DNA of 64,000 bases from an uncultured Chloroflexia bacterium (GTDB taxonomy: Bacteria > Chloroflexota > Limnocylindria > Limnocylindrales > CSP1-4), in NCBI GenBank assembly GCA_963833225.1, contig CAWHXD010000008.1, positions 985,947 through 1,049,946 on the forward strand, written 5' to 3'. This document shows, piece after piece, positions 44,510 to 54,864 of this stretch. Made by a program: the position numbers and the translations under genes. The notes beneath the pieces are model-generated. The model searched no databases and had not been told where the DNA came from. It was given only the letters and a program-made list of their open reading frames with translations. Each line of letters opens with the position of its first letter. Position 1 is the stretch's first letter.

Positions 44510-45789
44510 GTGGCGCCCATGGCACCAGCCGAGGACGCCCCGCTCAGGATCCTGCACGCGCCGCGTAACATCGCCGGCCAGGGCTCGGACATCGTCGCGG
44601 CGCTCCGGCGCCTCGGGCACCACGCGGAGCTCTGGGAGGACGTGCCGGACGTGTTCGGCCGTCCATCGGACCGCGTGCTCGCTCTCGACCGCACCGACGG
44701 CCGTCCCACCTGGGATGCCCTGCGCGAGGTGGTGGAACAGTTCGACATCGTGCACTTCCACTTCGGGCTCACCTTCGTCCCCCGCAACGGCGTGCTGCCT
44801 CCGTATTGGGACGTGCCGCTGCTGCGGTCACTCGGCCTCCGGGTCTACTTCACCTTCCACGGCTCGGACATCCGCATGGGTCGGATCCACGGCGAGATCA
44901 ACCCGTGGAGCAAGCTGTTCGTCGGGTCAAGCCCGCCCGAGGACGATCGCATCGAGAAGTCCCTGCAGGTGATGCGCACCTACGCGGACCGCCTGTTCGT
45001 GCCCTCGGTCAACTACTTCGCGTTCGTCCCGGACGCGGCGTACCTGCCCCGGATCATCGACCTTGGCGGCCTGCCGCCGCTCGCGCCCCGGTCCCGCCCG
45101 GTCCCCGTGGTCGTGCATGCGCCCACGCGGCGGGGCACGAAGGGAACAGGCCTGTTCCTCGGGATCCTGGACGGGCTCCGGGCGGAGGGGATCGAGTTCG
45201 AGCTGCGGTTACTCGAGGGCGTGTCCCACGCGGAGGTCATGCAGGCGCTGGCGGACGCCGACATCCTGCTCGACAACGTCGTCGCCGGGTCATACGGGAT
45301 CGTGTCGCTGGAGGCGATGGCGAGTGGCGCCGTGGCCGTCTCCTCCATGTCCGACGCGCTCATGGCCGCCCACCCGGACGTCCCTGTGGTCAGGATCAAC
45401 CCGGAGACCGCGGGCGCGGTGCTGCGCCAGCTGATCCCGGACGTCGACGAGCGGAGGCGGCTGGGCCTGCTGGGACGAGCCTTCGTCGAGCGGGTGCACG
45501 ACGCCGACAGGGTTGCAGCACAGCTCGTCGAGCACTACCGGGCGCCGCGCCGTCCGATCCGCGATCGGGCGATGCCGGACTGGACGTCGATGAAGCCGGC
45601 ACGCCAGATCGAGACGCTCGAAGCCCGGATCGAGCGGCTGGAGGTGGACCTGGAGCGAAGTCGCCGGAACGAGCGGCAGCTGCGCGAGCGGCTTGGGATG
45701 GCACCCGACGAGACCCCTCGGCCCCCCGCCGGATCGCCCGGCGCGTGGTGCCCTCGTCGGTCCGCCGGCGCCTGGCCCGTCGCTTCTAG
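44510..45789 (+). CDS. GT-B glycosyltransferase (GT4-like); probable frameshift near 45720
   Basis: RILHAPRNIAGQ; TFHGSDIR; HAPTRRGTKGT; YGIVSLEAMASG; C-terminal coiled coil. Confidence 0.85.
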
Positions 45790-47720
45790 TACCGCTCCCG
45801 GCGGACGGTGACCTTCACGCCCCGGATCGTGGCCGCGCGCAGCGCCCCGATGACATGCTCCGCCGCGGCCTCGGGCACCTCGACCAGGGAGAACCCGTCC
45901 GCGATCTGGATCGCGCCGATGTCCCCGCCCCGCAGCCCAGCCTCGTTCGTGATCGCGCCGACCAGGTCGCCGGGCCGCATGCCGGCGGCCCGCCCCGCAC
46001 CCACGAACAGCCGGGTGACGCCACCCGGCCCGCCGGAACCGGCAGCCGGGGGACGCATCACCGCGCGGCCCTCGACGTCGCGCCAGCCACTGGCGCGGTA
46101 GCCCTTGCGCGGACCCGCGGGCATCGGTCCGCCGGCCGGGCCGGGTCCCGGGTTCCGTGGCGCACCACGGGGCTCGGAGGGCGCCCCGGAGTCGCCGGGC
46201 GCCATCCGGGAGGGATGTGGCCGCGGCGCGAAGCCGGTCGTCCGCTCACCGTAGCGGGGCCGGGTGCCCGCGCCACGGATCGGGCGCTGCGGCTTGTCCG
46301 AGGTCGGCAGCATCGCCGGCGCCAGCTCGGTCGTATCCTCGGCGCCGCGGGCCTCGGCGTCCGCCTGGCTGATGGCCGCGAGGGCGATGTCCACGAGGTC
46401 GAACTCGCCCGACAGCGCCTCCACGACGCCGCGGTAGCGCTCGGTGCCACCGGCGACGAGCGACTCGCGCAGCTGACCCTTGAGCATGTCCAGCCGGTGC
46501 TCGCGAACGTCGGCCACCGTCGGCAGGCCCGCGACCTGGAGCGGCTGGCGGATGGTCCGCTCGATGTCCCGCAGGAGCCGGTGCTCGCGCGGTTCCACCA
46601 GGGTGATCGCGACGCCCTCCCGGCCGGCGCGTCCCGTCCTGCCGATCCGGTGGACGTACGTGTCCGGCGATGACGGGACGTCGTAGTTGACCACGTGGCT
46701 GATATGCCCGATGTCCAGGCCCCGGGCGGCGACGTCGGTCGCCACGAGGACGTCGAGGACGCCGTCGCGGAACCGACCCATGATCCGGTCCCGCTGCTCC
46801 TGCGACAGGCCGCCATGGAGCGCCGCGGCGTCACGCCCGCGGCCGGACAGAGCCTCCGCGAGGTCGTCGACCTCGCCGCGGGTCCGTGCGAACACGAGCG
46901 TCGCGGCGCCATCCTCAAGGTCCAGGATCCGCCCCAGGGCGGCCAGCTTGTCTGCGCGACGGACGACGTAGGCCACCTGCCGGACCCGGGCGGGTTCACC
47001 CTCGACGGCCCGCTCGGACTGGACGCGAACCCGGACCGGCTGGCGGAGGTGCGCCTCGGCGAGTCGGGCGATAGGCCCGGCGATCGTGGCCGAGAAGAGC
47101 GCCGTCTGTCGCTCGAGCGGCAGCGCGCCCAGGATCCGCTCGAGGTCGTCCGCGAAACCCATGTCCAGCATCTCGTCGGCCTCGTCGAGGACGACGATCG
47201 CGACCTCGTCGAACCGGATCGTGCCCCGGTCCAGGTGGTCCACCACGCGCCCCGGGGTCGCCACCACGACGTCCACGCCGCGCGCGAGCCGGTGGAGCTG
47301 GGTGGTGATCGGCTGGCCGCCGTACACGGGCACCACCCGGACCCCGAGCTCGCGGCCGTACTTGTGGATGGCCTCGGCCACCTGCATCGCCAGCTCGCGC
47401 GTGGGGGCAAGGACCAGTGCCGACGGCCGCGAGCCACGACCGTCGTGTGGGACACCGCGTCCCTCGACGGGGCGGCCGGCGTCGCGGTCGGCGTCCATGC
47501 GCGTCGCCAGTCGCTGGAGGATGGGCAGGGCGAAGGCCGCGGTCTTGCCGGTGCCCGTGGGCGCCTCAGCCAGGAGGTCCCGACCCTCGAGCAGCGGCGG
47601 GATCGCCGCCAGCTGGACCGGTGTCGGCTCCTCGTAGCCGAGGGCGGCCAGGGTGCGGCGGAGACGCGGATCGAGCGGGAGGTCGGCGAAGCCGGAGGGA
47701 TCGGGGGACGGTTCGGTCAC
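45786..47720 (-). CDS. deaD: DEAD-box RNA helicase DeaD/CsdA with DbpA-type RNA-binding domain
   Basis: DEADEMLDMGF; [10 protein letters not shown]; RLFVGAGRAAGMRPGDLVGAITNEAG. Confidence 0.9.
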   Translation of the reverse strand: MTEPSPDPSGFADLPLDPRLRRTLAALGYEEPTPVQLAAIPPLLEGRDLLAEAPTGTGKTAAFALPILQRLATRMDADRDAGRPVEGRGVPHDGRGSRPSALVLAPTRELAMQVAEAIHKYGRELGVRVVPVYGGQPITTQLHRLARGVDVVVATPGRVVDHLDRGTIRFDEVAIVVLDEADEMLDMGFADDLERILGALPLERQTALFSATIAGPIARLAEAHLRQPVRVRVQSERAVEGEPARVRQVAYVVRRADKLAALGRILDLEDGAATLVFARTRGEVDDLAEALSGRGRDAAALHGGLSQEQRDRIMGRFRDGVLDVLVATDVAARGLDIGHISHVVNYDVPSSPDTYVHRIGRTGRAGREGVAITLVEPREHRLLRDIERTIRQPLQVAGLPTVADVREHRLDMLKGQLRESLVAGGTERYRGVVEALSGEFDLVDIALAAISQADAEARGAEDTTELAPAMLPTSDKPQRPIRGAGTRPRYGERTTGFAPRPHPSRMAPGDSGAPSEPRGAPRNPGPGPAGGPMPAGPRKGYRASGWRDVEGRAVMRPPAAGSGGPGGVTRLFVGAGRAAGMRPGDLVGAITNEAGLRGGDIGAIQIADGFSLVEVPEAAAEHVIGALRAATIRGVKVTVRRERY

Positions 47721-47787
47721 ACACAGATGCTAGCCCCGATCGGCATCAGCCGAGCCTGGGCCCATGGGCGGGCACGCCGCCCGCCCC

Positions 47788-48831
47788 TCAGCGCGTCTCG
47801 GTCACCTTGGCCAGGCCGCGGGGCCGCTCCGGGTCCAGGCCGCGAGCGATCGCGAGGTGCATCGCGTGGAGCTGGGCCGGGACGATCGCCGCGATCGGCC
47901 CGAGCCATTCCGCCAGCCCACCGGGCACGGCGAGCGACCAGCGGCCGACGGCTCGCGCCGCCGCGTCGTCTGAGAGGACCAGGACCTTCGCTCCGGCATC
48001 GTTGACCAGGGCCCGGACCGGGTCCAGCAGGGCATCACGCGCGGGCCCCGCGGCAATGGACGCGAACACGGCGGAGCCCGGTGCCACGAGCGCGACGGGG
48101 CCATGCGCGAAGTCAGCCGCCGAGTACGCATCCGCCCACAGCTGCGCAACCTCCTTGAGCTTGAGGCTCCACTCGCGAGCCGTGGCGTACCCGAATCCCC
48201 GGCCGAGCACGACGGCCCGGTCGAGCGACGCCTGGTCCGCGGCGATGCGCGCAGCCTCGGGCTCCGCGTCAAGCGCGCGCGCCAGCGCGTCCGGGACGAC
48301 TGCGAGCGCCGGGCCGGCCCCATCCTCGTCCAGCGCCGCCGACAGGAGCGCCACCGCCAGGAGCTCTGCCGTGTACGTCTTGGTGGCCGCGACCGACCGT
48401 TCCTCGCCGGCCCCGAGGTCAAGGTTGTGCTCGGCCGCGATGGCGAGCGGCGAGCCCGGGGAGTTGGTGATCGCGAGGGTCAGCGCGCCCTGGGCGCGGG
48501 CGGCCTCCACGACACCCACCACGTCGGGGCTCTGCCCGGACTGCGACAGGCCGATCACGAGGGCATTGCCGTACCGCGGCGAGGCACCGTAGAGCGTGAC
48601 CAGCGACGGCGCCGCGAGCGCGACCGTCAGGCCGTTGCGGGCGCCGAGCACGTACTGGGCGTACACGGCCGCGTGGTCCGAGGTGCCGCGCGCGGCGATG
48701 ACCACGAGGCCGATCCCCCGCCGCCGAGCCTCGGTGGCGACGCGGGCGAGCGCCGGTGGGCCGGCCTGGAGCAGGCGAGCGGCAACATCGGGCTGCTCGC
48801 GGATCTCGTCGAGAAGTCGCGTTGAAGTCAT
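47788..48831 (-). CDS. SIS-domain sugar-phosphate isomerase/deaminase (GlmS C-terminal-like)
   Basis: EIREQP; ARGTSDHA; SQSGQSPD; VAATKTY; LKLKE; GLDPERPRGLAKVTET. Confidence 0.9.
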   Translation of the reverse strand: MTSTRLLDEIREQPDVAARLLQAGPPALARVATEARRRGIGLVVIAARGTSDHAAVYAQYVLGARNGLTVALAAPSLVTLYGASPRYGNALVIGLSQSGQSPDVVGVVEAARAQGALTLAITNSPGSPLAIAAEHNLDLGAGEERSVAATKTYTAELLAVALLSAALDEDGAGPALAVVPDALARALDAEPEAARIAADQASLDRAVVLGRGFGYATAREWSLKLKEVAQLWADAYSAADFAHGPVALVAPGSAVFASIAAGPARDALLDPVRALVNDAGAKVLVLSDDAAARAVGRWSLAVPGGLAEWLGPIAAIVPAQLHAMHLAIARGLDPERPRGLAKVTETR

Positions 48832-48893
48832 GTGTCCATTGTCACCCGAGCCATCGTTCGCGTGGAAGGCGGCCCGGCGGGATACTGGGGTCG

Positions 48894-49343
48894 ATGCGGC
48901 GAGTGACGGCGAACGCGCTGGTTGGCGCGTCTCGCGACGAGGTCTGGGACCTCTACGACGACATCGACGGGACGCCCCGGTGGATTCCGGGCGTCCGCGA
49001 GATCCGCTACCTGTCCGGGCCGGCCCGGGTGGGGACGGTGTACCGGGAGCGCCGCCGGACCGCCGGCATCCCATCGACGGCGCAGTGGGAGATCACCGAG
49101 CATCGCCGGCCCGTCCGCCAGGTGCACGTCAGCGTCTCGGGCTCGATGGTGCGCACGCGCACCGTGACCTTCGAGGCGCGCGGCTCCGGGACCTGGGTCC
49201 ACCAGGTCACGGAGCTTCGATCGCTCCTGGCGGCCCCCCTCGGCTGGCTGCACGAGCTGCTTGCCGTCATCCCGGCCGGGTGGGAGGTGGACGCTGCGGT
49301 CGCGGGCGCCAAGCGGGTGTTCGAGGGCCACCCCCGGCGCTGA
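48894..49343 (+). CDS. SRPBCC family protein
   Basis: ASRDEVWDLYDDIDGTPRWIP..VGTVYRE. Confidence 0.8.
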   Translation: MRRVTANALVGASRDEVWDLYDDIDGTPRWIPGVREIRYLSGPARVGTVYRERRRTAGIPSTAQWEITEHRRPVRQVHVSVSGSMVRTRTVTFEARGSGTWVHQVTELRSLLAAPLGWLHELLAVIPAGWEVDAAVAGAKRVFEGHPRR

Positions 49344-49643
49344 GGGGGCGTGGCAAACGAAGGCGGACCGCCGGGGAGGACAGGGTTCGGGGCTCCGCCG
49401 CCGTCAGGCATCCCGCCTGGGGGTCGACGCGCCGCCCCTTGTGGTCCGAATGTTGGCGGTCCGCTCGATGGCCGAACCCTACGCCGCCGCGGTGACGTGG
49501 AACATCAGCCAAGAGTCACCCCCTGGTCATGGGTGCCGCGGACAGGCGTCGGGAGCCCGCGGGCATCCGTCGGGAGCCTGGCGGTGCGGGCGCCCGACCT
49601 GCGCAACGGCACCCGCCGGCTGCCGGGGATACGCTTCCGATCG

Positions 49644-50363
49644 ATGACCACCACCGACCCCGAGCGCCACCTCGTCCTTGCCGGCACCCGCAACATCCGC
49701 GATGTCGGCGGGTACCCGGCAGCGAATGGACGGCGGACCCGCTGGCGCACCCTGCTCCGCTCGGACGAGCTGACCCGGATCCCGCGTCCGACGCGCCGCG
49801 CCCTGGAAGCGCTGGGGCTCCGCCAGGTCATCGACCTCCGCTGGCCCGATGAGCTCGTCATCTCCCCCAACACGTTCCGCAATTCCCCGTCGGTCCGCTA
49901 CACGAGCATCCCGCTCCTCGCCGACGACCCGACGCCGCACGCCGGCCTGGCCGGCATGTACCGGCACGTGCTCGACTCCCGTGGCACACAGCTTGCCGAG
50001 GTGGTGCGGGCGCTGCTCGCCGAGGACGGGCTGCCGGCGATCATCGGCTGCGCGGCGGGCAAGGACCGGACCGGCGTGACGATCGCACTGCTGCTCGACC
50101 TTGTCGGGGTCCCGCGCGACGTCATCGTCGAGGACTACGCGGTCTCGGCCCAGCACTTCGCCTCGGCCGTCGCGCACATCGAGCGCGACGACTGGCGCAG
50201 CCGCAGCCTTGTGGTAGACAGCCCGCCCGAGTTCATCGAGAGCGCGCTGTCCCACCTCGACCAGCGCCACGGCGGCGCCCGGTCGCTCCTGCGGCGCCTC
50301 GGCCTGGCGGATGCGGAGCTGGACCGGCTGGTGGGACGGCTCACGGAGCCCCTCCCCGCCTGA
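49644..50363 (+). CDS. Tyrosine/serine protein phosphatase (Y_phosphatase3 family)
   Basis: NIRDVGGY; LLRSD; VIDLR; CAAGKDRTG; IVEDY. Confidence 0.9.
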   Translation: MTTTDPERHLVLAGTRNIRDVGGYPAANGRRTRWRTLLRSDELTRIPRPTRRALEALGLRQVIDLRWPDELVISPNTFRNSPSVRYTSIPLLADDPTPHAGLAGMYRHVLDSRGTQLAEVVRALLAEDGLPAIIGCAAGKDRTGVTIALLLDLVGVPRDVIVEDYAVSAQHFASAVAHIERDDWRSRSLVVDSPPEFIESALSHLDQRHGGARSLLRRLGLADAELDRLVGRLTEPLPA

Positions 50364-50479
50364 TCCCAACCAACGGCACGCGGGTTCGGGCCGTCGTCCC
50401 GCTGCGCGGACGGTCGGGGCCCCGGACGATGGGCGCCACGCGGACGCCCTTGCGCGCCGCCCTCGCGAGGTTGTCAGCG

Positions 50480-52897
50480 ATGGCCGATCCGATCTCCGCC
50501 GACCAGCTGGTCCGCCGCTGCGATCCCGCGGCGCTGTCGTTCGTGACGACGGCCGAGCTCGAGCCCCTCGACGAGATGGTTGGGCAGGACCGCGCGGTCG
50601 AAGCGGTCGCGTTTGGCGTCGCCATCCATCAGCCGGGGTTCAACCTCTACGCGATGGGGCCAGAGGGTACCGGCAAGGCCAGCCTGCTGCGGTCAGTCCT
50701 GGCGGCTCGCGCGGCTGGCGAGCCGGTCCCGAACGACTGGTGCTACGTCCACAACTTCGTCGACCCGCGCCGGCCCCGGGCAATCCAGCTGCCGGCCGGG
50801 GAGGGCCGCCGCTTCCGGGATCGCATCGCACAGCTCGAGCGCGAGCTCCGGACCGCCATCCCGGCCGCGTTCGAGTCGGACGAGTACCGGAATCGAAGGG
50901 AGGCCATCGAGACCGGGCTCAAGGAGCGGCGGGATACGGCGCTCGGCGGCTTCGAAGAGCGCGCCTCGGCGCGCGGGCTGGCGCTGCTGCGCACCCCGAT
51001 CGGCGTGGGGCTGGCTCCGGTCCGCGACGGCAAGGTCATGGAGCGCGAAGAGCTCGAGCAGCTCCCGGACGAGGAGCGACAGCAGCTCGCGGAGGCCTCA
51101 ACGGAGCTGGAGGCCGCACTCGGCGACCTGATCCAGCACGAGTTCCCGCAATGGGAGCGCGAGGCTCGTCTCGCCATCCGCGAGACCGGCCAGGACGTCG
51201 CGGGCCGGGCCGTGCGCCATCTTGTCGACGAGGTCCGGCGCGGGTACCTGGAGCATCCCGAGATCAAGGACCATCTCGGCGCGCTCGAGACCGATGTCAT
51301 CGCCAACGCCGAGGAGTTCCTGGCAGCAGCCCAGCCACGCGAGCTGCCGGCGATGCTGGCGGCCCGCCTCGAGGACGGCGCGTCCTTCCGTCGGTACGGC
51401 GTGAACCTCCTCGTGGACCACGCGGACACGCCGGGTGCGCCGGTCGTGTTCGAGGACCTGCCAACCCAGCCCAACCTCCTCGGGCGGATCGAGCACAGCT
51501 CCCATCTCGGCGCGTTGATCACGGACTTCACCCTGGTGAGGCCGGGCGCGCTGCACCTCGCGAACGGCGGCTACCTGGTCCTCGATGCCCGCCGACTGCT
51601 CACGCAGCCATTCGCGTGGGAGGAGCTCAAGCGCGCGCTGCGGGCCGGCGAGGTGCGGATCGAGTCGCTCGGCGACCGCCTCGGGCTGTCCACGGTGTCG
51701 ATCGAGCCGGCGCCGATCCCGCTCGATGCCAAGGTCGTGCTGGTCGGCGACCGGACGGTCTACTACCTCCTGGCCGAGCTGGACCCCGACTTCCTCGAGC
51801 TGTTCAAGGTCCAGGTGGACTTCGAGGACGACGTCCCGCGGACGACGGATGCCGAGGCGCGCTACGGGCGGCTGCTGGCCACGATCGCGGCCCGCTCCGG
51901 GTTGCGGCCGATGGACGCCGGGGCGGTGGCGGCCGTCATCGAGCGTGCCGCGCGGATCACCGGCGATGCGGATCGGCTCTCGACCCACATGCGGCGGCTC
52001 ACCGACCTGCTTCGCGAAGCCGACGACCGGGCTGGCGCCGCCCGACGGGATGGCGTGACCGCGCACGACGTGCGCGATGCCGTGGAGGCCGCCCGGCGGC
52101 GCGCCTCGCGGATCCAGGAGCGGACCCTGGAGCAGATCGAGCGCGGGACCGTGCTGGTCGCCACGACCGGCGAGGCCATCGGGCAGGTGAACGGCCTCTC
52201 GGTGATGACCCTCGGCGAGACCTCGTTCGGCCGGCCTGCCCGGATCACGGCGAGTGTCCGGCTCGGCGACGGCGACATCGTCGACATCGAGCGCGAGGTC
52301 AAGCTTGGGGGGCCGATCCACAGCAAGGGCGTGCTGATCCTCGCCGGGCTGCTCGGCTCCCGGTACGGGCGGACGCGGCCACTATCGCTCCACGCCAGCC
52401 TGGTGTTCGAGCAGAGCTACGGTGGTGTCGAGGGCGACAGCGCGTCGCTCGCCGAGGCCTGCGCGCTGCTCTCGGCCATCGGCGAGATCCCGCTGCGCCA
52501 GTCGCTCGCCCTGACCGGGTCGCTCAACCAGCAGGGTGAGGTCCAGCCCATCGGCGGGGTCAACGAGAAGATCGAGGGGTTCTTCGACGTCTGCGCGGGC
52601 CGCGAGGACGACGGGTCACACGCGGTGGTGATCCCGGCCACGAACCTTCCGCACCTGATGCTCCGCGACGACGTCGTGGAGGCCGCGCGCGACGGCCGGT
52701 TCGCCGTCTACGCGGTGGGCACCATCGATGAGGCGATGGCCCTGCTGACCGGCCTCGAGCCCGCGGTGGTCAACGACCGGGTGGCGGCCGGTCTGGACGC
52801 GCTCACGGACCGGGCGATGCAGATGGCCGCGCGCGCCCGGGGGGACGGCGGAGACGAACGCAGGACGAAGGGGCGACGGAGGGCGGCGGCCACGTAG
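50480..52897 (+). CDS. Lon-like protease (LonC/AAA_32 type, with coiled-coil insertion)
   Basis: GQDRA; GPEGTGK; GALHLANGGYL; IHSKGVLIL; VEGDSAS and IGGVNEKIEGF (Ser-Lys dyad). Confidence 0.93.
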   Translation: MADPISADQLVRRCDPAALSFVTTAELEPLDEMVGQDRAVEAVAFGVAIHQPGFNLYAMGPEGTGKASLLRSVLAARAAGEPVPNDWCYVHNFVDPRRPRAIQLPAGEGRRFRDRIAQLERELRTAIPAAFESDEYRNRREAIETGLKERRDTALGGFEERASARGLALLRTPIGVGLAPVRDGKVMEREELEQLPDEERQQLAEASTELEAALGDLIQHEFPQWEREARLAIRETGQDVAGRAVRHLVDEVRRGYLEHPEIKDHLGALETDVIANAEEFLAAAQPRELPAMLAARLEDGASFRRYGVNLLVDHADTPGAPVVFEDLPTQPNLLGRIEHSSHLGALITDFTLVRPGALHLANGGYLVLDARRLLTQPFAWEELKRALRAGEVRIESLGDRLGLSTVSIEPAPIPLDAKVVLVGDRTVYYLLAELDPDFLELFKVQVDFEDDVPRTTDAEARYGRLLATIAARSGLRPMDAGAVAAVIERAARITGDADRLSTHMRRLTDLLREADDRAGAARRDGVTAHDVRDAVEAARRRASRIQERTLEQIERGTVLVATTGEAIGQVNGLSVMTLGETSFGRPARITASVRLGDGDIVDIEREVKLGGPIHSKGVLILAGLLGSRYGRTRPLSLHASLVFEQSYGGVEGDSASLAEACALLSAIGEIPLRQSLALTGSLNQQGEVQPIGGVNEKIEGFFDVCAGREDDGSHAVVIPATNLPHLMLRDDVVEAARDGRFAVYAVGTIDEAMALLTGLEPAVVNDRVAAGLDALTDRAMQMAARARGDGGDERRTKGRRRAAAT

Positions 52898-52906
52898 CAT
52901 GGCGGC

Positions 52907-53347
52907 ATGGGCCGAGTCACCGCCGCCGTCGAGCTTCCGTACCCTGCCGACCGGGTCTTCCAGGTCGCGACGCGCATCTCCGAGCTGCCCCGCTGGCTGC
53001 CCGAGGTCGTGGCCGCGGAGCTGCTCGACCCGGTGCTTGTCGTCGGGTCGAGGGTGCGGCTGACGCTTGGGCCCGGGACGGGAAACGCGGAGATCACCGG
53101 CGTCGTGAAGCAGCTGCGGGCACCCGAGCTGCTCGAGATCGCCGGCAGCGGGGGTCCGCTGTCCGTGGCGGTCCGGACGCAGCTGGAGTCACGTGGGCCG
53201 TCCGCCACCCACGTGACCCTGGAGCTCGACCTGGACACCCCGCCATTCCTGGGGTTCATCGCCAAGGAGGCGGAACGTCGGATCGGCGCGGAGCTGCCGG
53301 CGTCCCTGGAGCGGTTCCGGGCGCTGCTGGACGAGGAGCCCGCGTAG
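52907..53347 (+). CDS. SRPBCC family protein
   Basis: PADRVFQVATRISELPRWLP; leaderless TAGCAT-N6-ATG. Confidence 0.8.
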   Translation: MGRVTAAVELPYPADRVFQVATRISELPRWLPEVVAAELLDPVLVVGSRVRLTLGPGTGNAEITGVVKQLRAPELLEIAGSGGPLSVAVRTQLESRGPSATHVTLELDLDTPPFLGFIAKEAERRIGAELPASLERFRALLDEEPA

Positions 53348-53372
53348 GCCGCCACCACCGTCGTCGCGGCGC

Positions 53373-53511
53373 TTCTGCCATCCAGTCAAGGCACGACTGT
53401 TCGTCCGTCCGTTGCTGCCAGATACCTGCACTGGCGACTACCAGTCAGCGCCACGAGCCTGCAGGCCCCGTTCACGGTGGCGAACAGTCGTCCTGTGACT
53501 CGATGACAGAA
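53373..53511. ncRNA. Candidate ~139-nt rod-shaped structured RNA with a central bubble
   Basis: Nested stems 53373-82/53502-11, 53393-403/53481-91 and 53425-30/53460-65 between convergent genes. Confidence 0.4.
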
Positions 53512-53593
53512 ATCGGGGCCGCCAAGACGGGTCACGTTGCACGCCAGCTCGGCCCGGGGGGCCGGACGGCCCAACTCGGCCACCGCGTCCGGA

Positions 53594-53974
53594 TCAGCCC
53601 GGGTAGCCGGGGACCGTCACCACCATCAGCGGACTGTGCTCCATCATCACGTCCAGGTCGTTCCGCCCCCAGTTGCGTGCCACCCCCTCGAGCAGCGTGC
53701 GACGCTCGGCGGGGTCCGTGATCACCCGCGCGGTCCCCTCGACGTCGCCCACGGCGTCGGGGCCCTTGTAGTGAAGCGTGACCGCGGGGTGGTCCGCCGC
53801 GTTGCGCAGCCAGGCCCGCGTCCGGCCGGGCGCGGGCATGCCGCTGATCACGAGCTGGCCGTCAAGGTTGTGGATGAAGATCTCGACCCGCCGGGCCTCG
53901 CCGGACCGGCGGCCGGTCGTGATGAGGTCGATGACCTGGCTTCGGTCGAGCGCGGCGCGCAGCGTGGCGTCCAA
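53594..53974 (-). CDS. Deazaflavin (F420)-dependent nitroreductase-like protein
   Basis: DLITTGRRSGEARRVEI..RAWLRN..P. Confidence 0.8.
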   Translation of the reverse strand: MDATLRAALDRSQVIDLITTGRRSGEARRVEIFIHNLDGQLVISGMPAPGRTRAWLRNAADHPAVTLHYKGPDAVGDVEGTARVITDPAERRTLLEGVARNWGRNDLDVMMEHSPLMVVTVPGYPG

Positions 53975-54087
53975 TGATGTCCTCCAGGCGGCCGGTTCCG
54001 TCGGCCAATAGTAGTTGCAGACGCAACAATACGACCAACGACCGTCCGAGGCAAGAGGGCCCGAGCGACGCCTACACTGGCCCTGCC

Positions 54088-54864
54088 ATGCTCCGGACCG
54101 TCATCGCCACCCGCTACGTCACGCCCCTGCGCGAGGGTGGATCCGTGCCCGCGCTCGTCGAGGCGGACGACGACGGCCTGTACGTGGTCAAGCTCCTGGG
54201 CGCGGGGCATGGCCGCAAGGCGCTCGTCGCCGAGCTGCTCGCCGGAGAGCTCGGGCGCCACCTCGGGCTTCCCGTCCCGGACCAGGTGCTGGTGGAGCTG
54301 GACGCCGCGCTCGCGAAGGCAGAGCCCGACGGCGAGATCCAGGGCCTGCTCCAGCGGTCGGCCGGGACGAACATCGGCCTGGACTTCCTGCCCGGGGCCC
54401 TCGCGTTTGCCCCCGCCGTCGGCCCCCGTCCGGACCCCGAGCTCGCCGCGGCCGTGGTCTGGCTCGACGCGTACACCACCAACGTGGACCGCACGGCACG
54501 CAACCCGAACCTCATCGTCTGGCACCGGCGGCTCCATCTCATCGACCACGGGTCCGCGCTCTACATCCACCACAGCTGGAAGGCGCCGGCAGCGCATGCC
54601 CGCCGCCCCTTCGAGCAGATCCGCAACCACGTGCTGCTGCCATTCGCGGGCTCCATCACGGAGGCTGATGCGCGCCTGGCGCCACTCGTGGACCGCGACC
54701 TCCTCGACCGACTGACCGCCGCCATCCCCGACGACTGGCTCCAACCCGAGCCCGGCCTGCCGGACCCCGACGCCCATCGACGGGCCTACGTCGACTACCT
54801 GGCCGCGCGGCTGCGGGCCCGCGACGCGTTCGTGGAGGAGGCGGAACGTGCCCGAGCGGCCTGA
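54088..54864 (+). CDS. HipA-like Ser/Thr kinase
   Basis: RYVTPLREGGSVP; YVVK; LVAELL; NVDRTARNPN; LIDHG. Confidence 0.9.
   Translation: MLRTVIATRYVTPLREGGSVPALVEADDDGLYVVKLLGAGHGRKALVAELLAGELGRHLGLPVPDQVLVELDAALAKAEPDGEIQGLLQRSAGTNIGLDFLPGALAFAPAVGPRPDPELAAAVVWLDAYTTNVDRTARNPNLIVWHRRLHLIDHGSALYIHHSWKAPAAHARRPFEQIRNHVLLPFAGSITEADARLAPLVDRDLLDRLTAAIPDDWLQPEPGLPDPDAHRRAYVDYLAARLRARDAFVEEAERARAA

Noticed and set aside
53373-53511. SRP RNA or tRNA
   Set aside because: No SRP domain IV (CAGG..GNRA..AGCA) motif and no cloverleaf or TTCGA arm
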